From Camelus dromedarius (taxonomy: Eukaryota): DNA of 64,000 nucleotides. A program made the position numbers and the translations under genes. This document shows, piece by piece, positions 63,401 to 64,000 of this stretch. The notes under the pieces were generated by a model, which was given only the letters and a program-made list of their open reading frames with translations, searched no databases and had not been told where the DNA came from. Location: contig NC_087444.1 in the NCBI RefSeq assembly GCF_036321535.1, forward strand, positions 69,626,001 through 69,690,000, given 5' to 3'. Numbering within the stretch: position 1 is the stretch's first letter; every line of letters starts with the position of its first letter.

Positions 63401-63819
63401 TCAAGGGTGTGCTGTTAGCCACATAGTCTGAAGTGCCAGCTCGAACTCCAAGAGGAGATGGTGGGCGGCAGGCGGCCTTTATGCGCTGGAATGTGGGAAA
63501 GGTGTGGGCTGGAGATGACGCTGCAAGCGGGCATAGCTGGCACCGCCTGGAGTGGCAAGGGCAGGGTGGGCACCGACTAGGGAGGCCTGAACAGCAGGGT
63601 CTTGCAGGCCAGGGATTCTCACCGATTCTTCTGGTGCACCTTCAACACCTGCTTTCGGAGCAGGTACTCCCTCACGGCCGCCACGTCATAGAATCGGTCT
63701 GCCAGGAACTGGAACAGCGTCCTCCCCTTCCTCTGAATGCCCTCCGGGTCCACTGCCCTGCTCAGGCCACGGATGCTGCCGGTACCCCAGTTCCATACCG
63801 GGGCCGCCAGGCGCAGGGA
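60312..63819 (-). CDS. DMAC2: Distal membrane arm assembly component 2 (ATP5SL), 5'-partial: join complement(60312..60492,60904..61066,61164..61300,62173..62253,63623..63819); exon 1 off-window
   Basis: [12 protein letters not shown] / [11 protein letters not shown] / FQDKEW...[17 protein letters not shown] / [23 protein letters not shown]...[16 protein letters not shown] / [32 protein letters not shown]...PIPA*; LRR-like repeats. Confidence 0.96.
60904..61066 (-). CDS. DMAC2: DMAC2 exon 5 (163 bp)
   Basis: tag/TG ALKELQ...LHHL TG/gtgag. Confidence 0.95.
61164..61300 (-). CDS. DMAC2: DMAC2 exon 4 (137 bp)
   Basis: cag/G FQDKEWMR...GLDHL T/gtgagt. Confidence 0.95.
61711..61830 (+). mobile_element. 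Vic-1-like SINE with the A-box region missing (DMAC2 intron 3)
   Basis: GGTAGAGCGCATACCTAGCA...GGGTTCAATCCCCAGTACCTCCATT(AAAT)n...CTAACTACCTCCCCCC. Confidence 0.85.
62173..62253 (-). CDS. DMAC2: DMAC2 exon 3 (81 bp)
   Basis: cag/[29 protein letters not shown]/gtatg. Confidence 0.95.
62380..63430 (-). mobile_element. L2 LINE fragment interrupted by a 256-bp retro-insert
   Basis: ATATTTACTGAGTGCCTGTTAGGTGCTGGGCACCAGGGGAC...GGAGATGACACTTGAGCAGAGA...GTGCAAAGGC. Confidence 0.7.
62616..62871 (+). mobile_element. L1-mediated retroposed insert of an unidentified AT-rich RNA 3' end
   Basis: Perfect TSD AAGAAATGCTTCTT at 62602-62615 and 62872-62885; AATAAA 62840-62845; A7 at 62863-62869. Confidence 0.7.
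63623..63819 (-). CDS. DMAC2: DMAC2 exon 2 (197 bp)
   Basis: ccag/SLRLAAPVW...KVHQKN CG/gtgag. Confidence 0.94.
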
Positions 63820-64000
63820 CTGGGGAAGAGGAGACGGGAGGAGGGGCTGAGCCTGGAGCCTCCTGTGAGACACACAGCGGGATCCCCCTGTGCTTGCTCC
63901 ACAAATCCCCCTCCCCAAAGCTTTCCGCTCACTTAATCCTCCATTCAGAACTTCCAAATTCTCTGGGATCCACAAAATGTCCTCATGTTTTCCCCAAGTT

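Overview
Mammalian genomic DNA, very probably camelid: five copies of a tRNA-Ala-derived SINE match my recollection of the camelid Vic-1 family. The gene order is the conserved block syntenic to human 19q13.2: TGFB1 (-, exons 1-5; exons 6-7 lie off the left edge), B9D2 (-), TMEM91 (+), EXOSC5 (-), BCKDHA (+), B3GNT8 (-) and DMAC2/ATP5SL (-, exon 1 lies off the right edge). Every coding exon was placed by hand at AG/GT boundaries. The complete genes sum to full ORFs of 175, 172, 235, 446 and 397 aa. There are two head-to-head promoter regions, two convergent gene ends, three N-gaps and many MIR, L2, L1, MLT1 and MER remnants. I found no new multi-gene system. The best leads are: a 256-bp AT-rich retroposed insert of unknown origin with a perfect 14-bp TSD in DMAC2 intron 2; a cryptic one-strand degenerate repeat in TGFB1 introns; an IRF/PRDM1 motif cluster in TGFB1 intron 1; a forkhead motif cluster in EXOSC5 intron 1; and a strong intronic poly(A) signature in BCKDHA intron 3. 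Comparisons with human or mouse orthologues are from memory, not from database searches, and repeat family names and boundaries are approximate.
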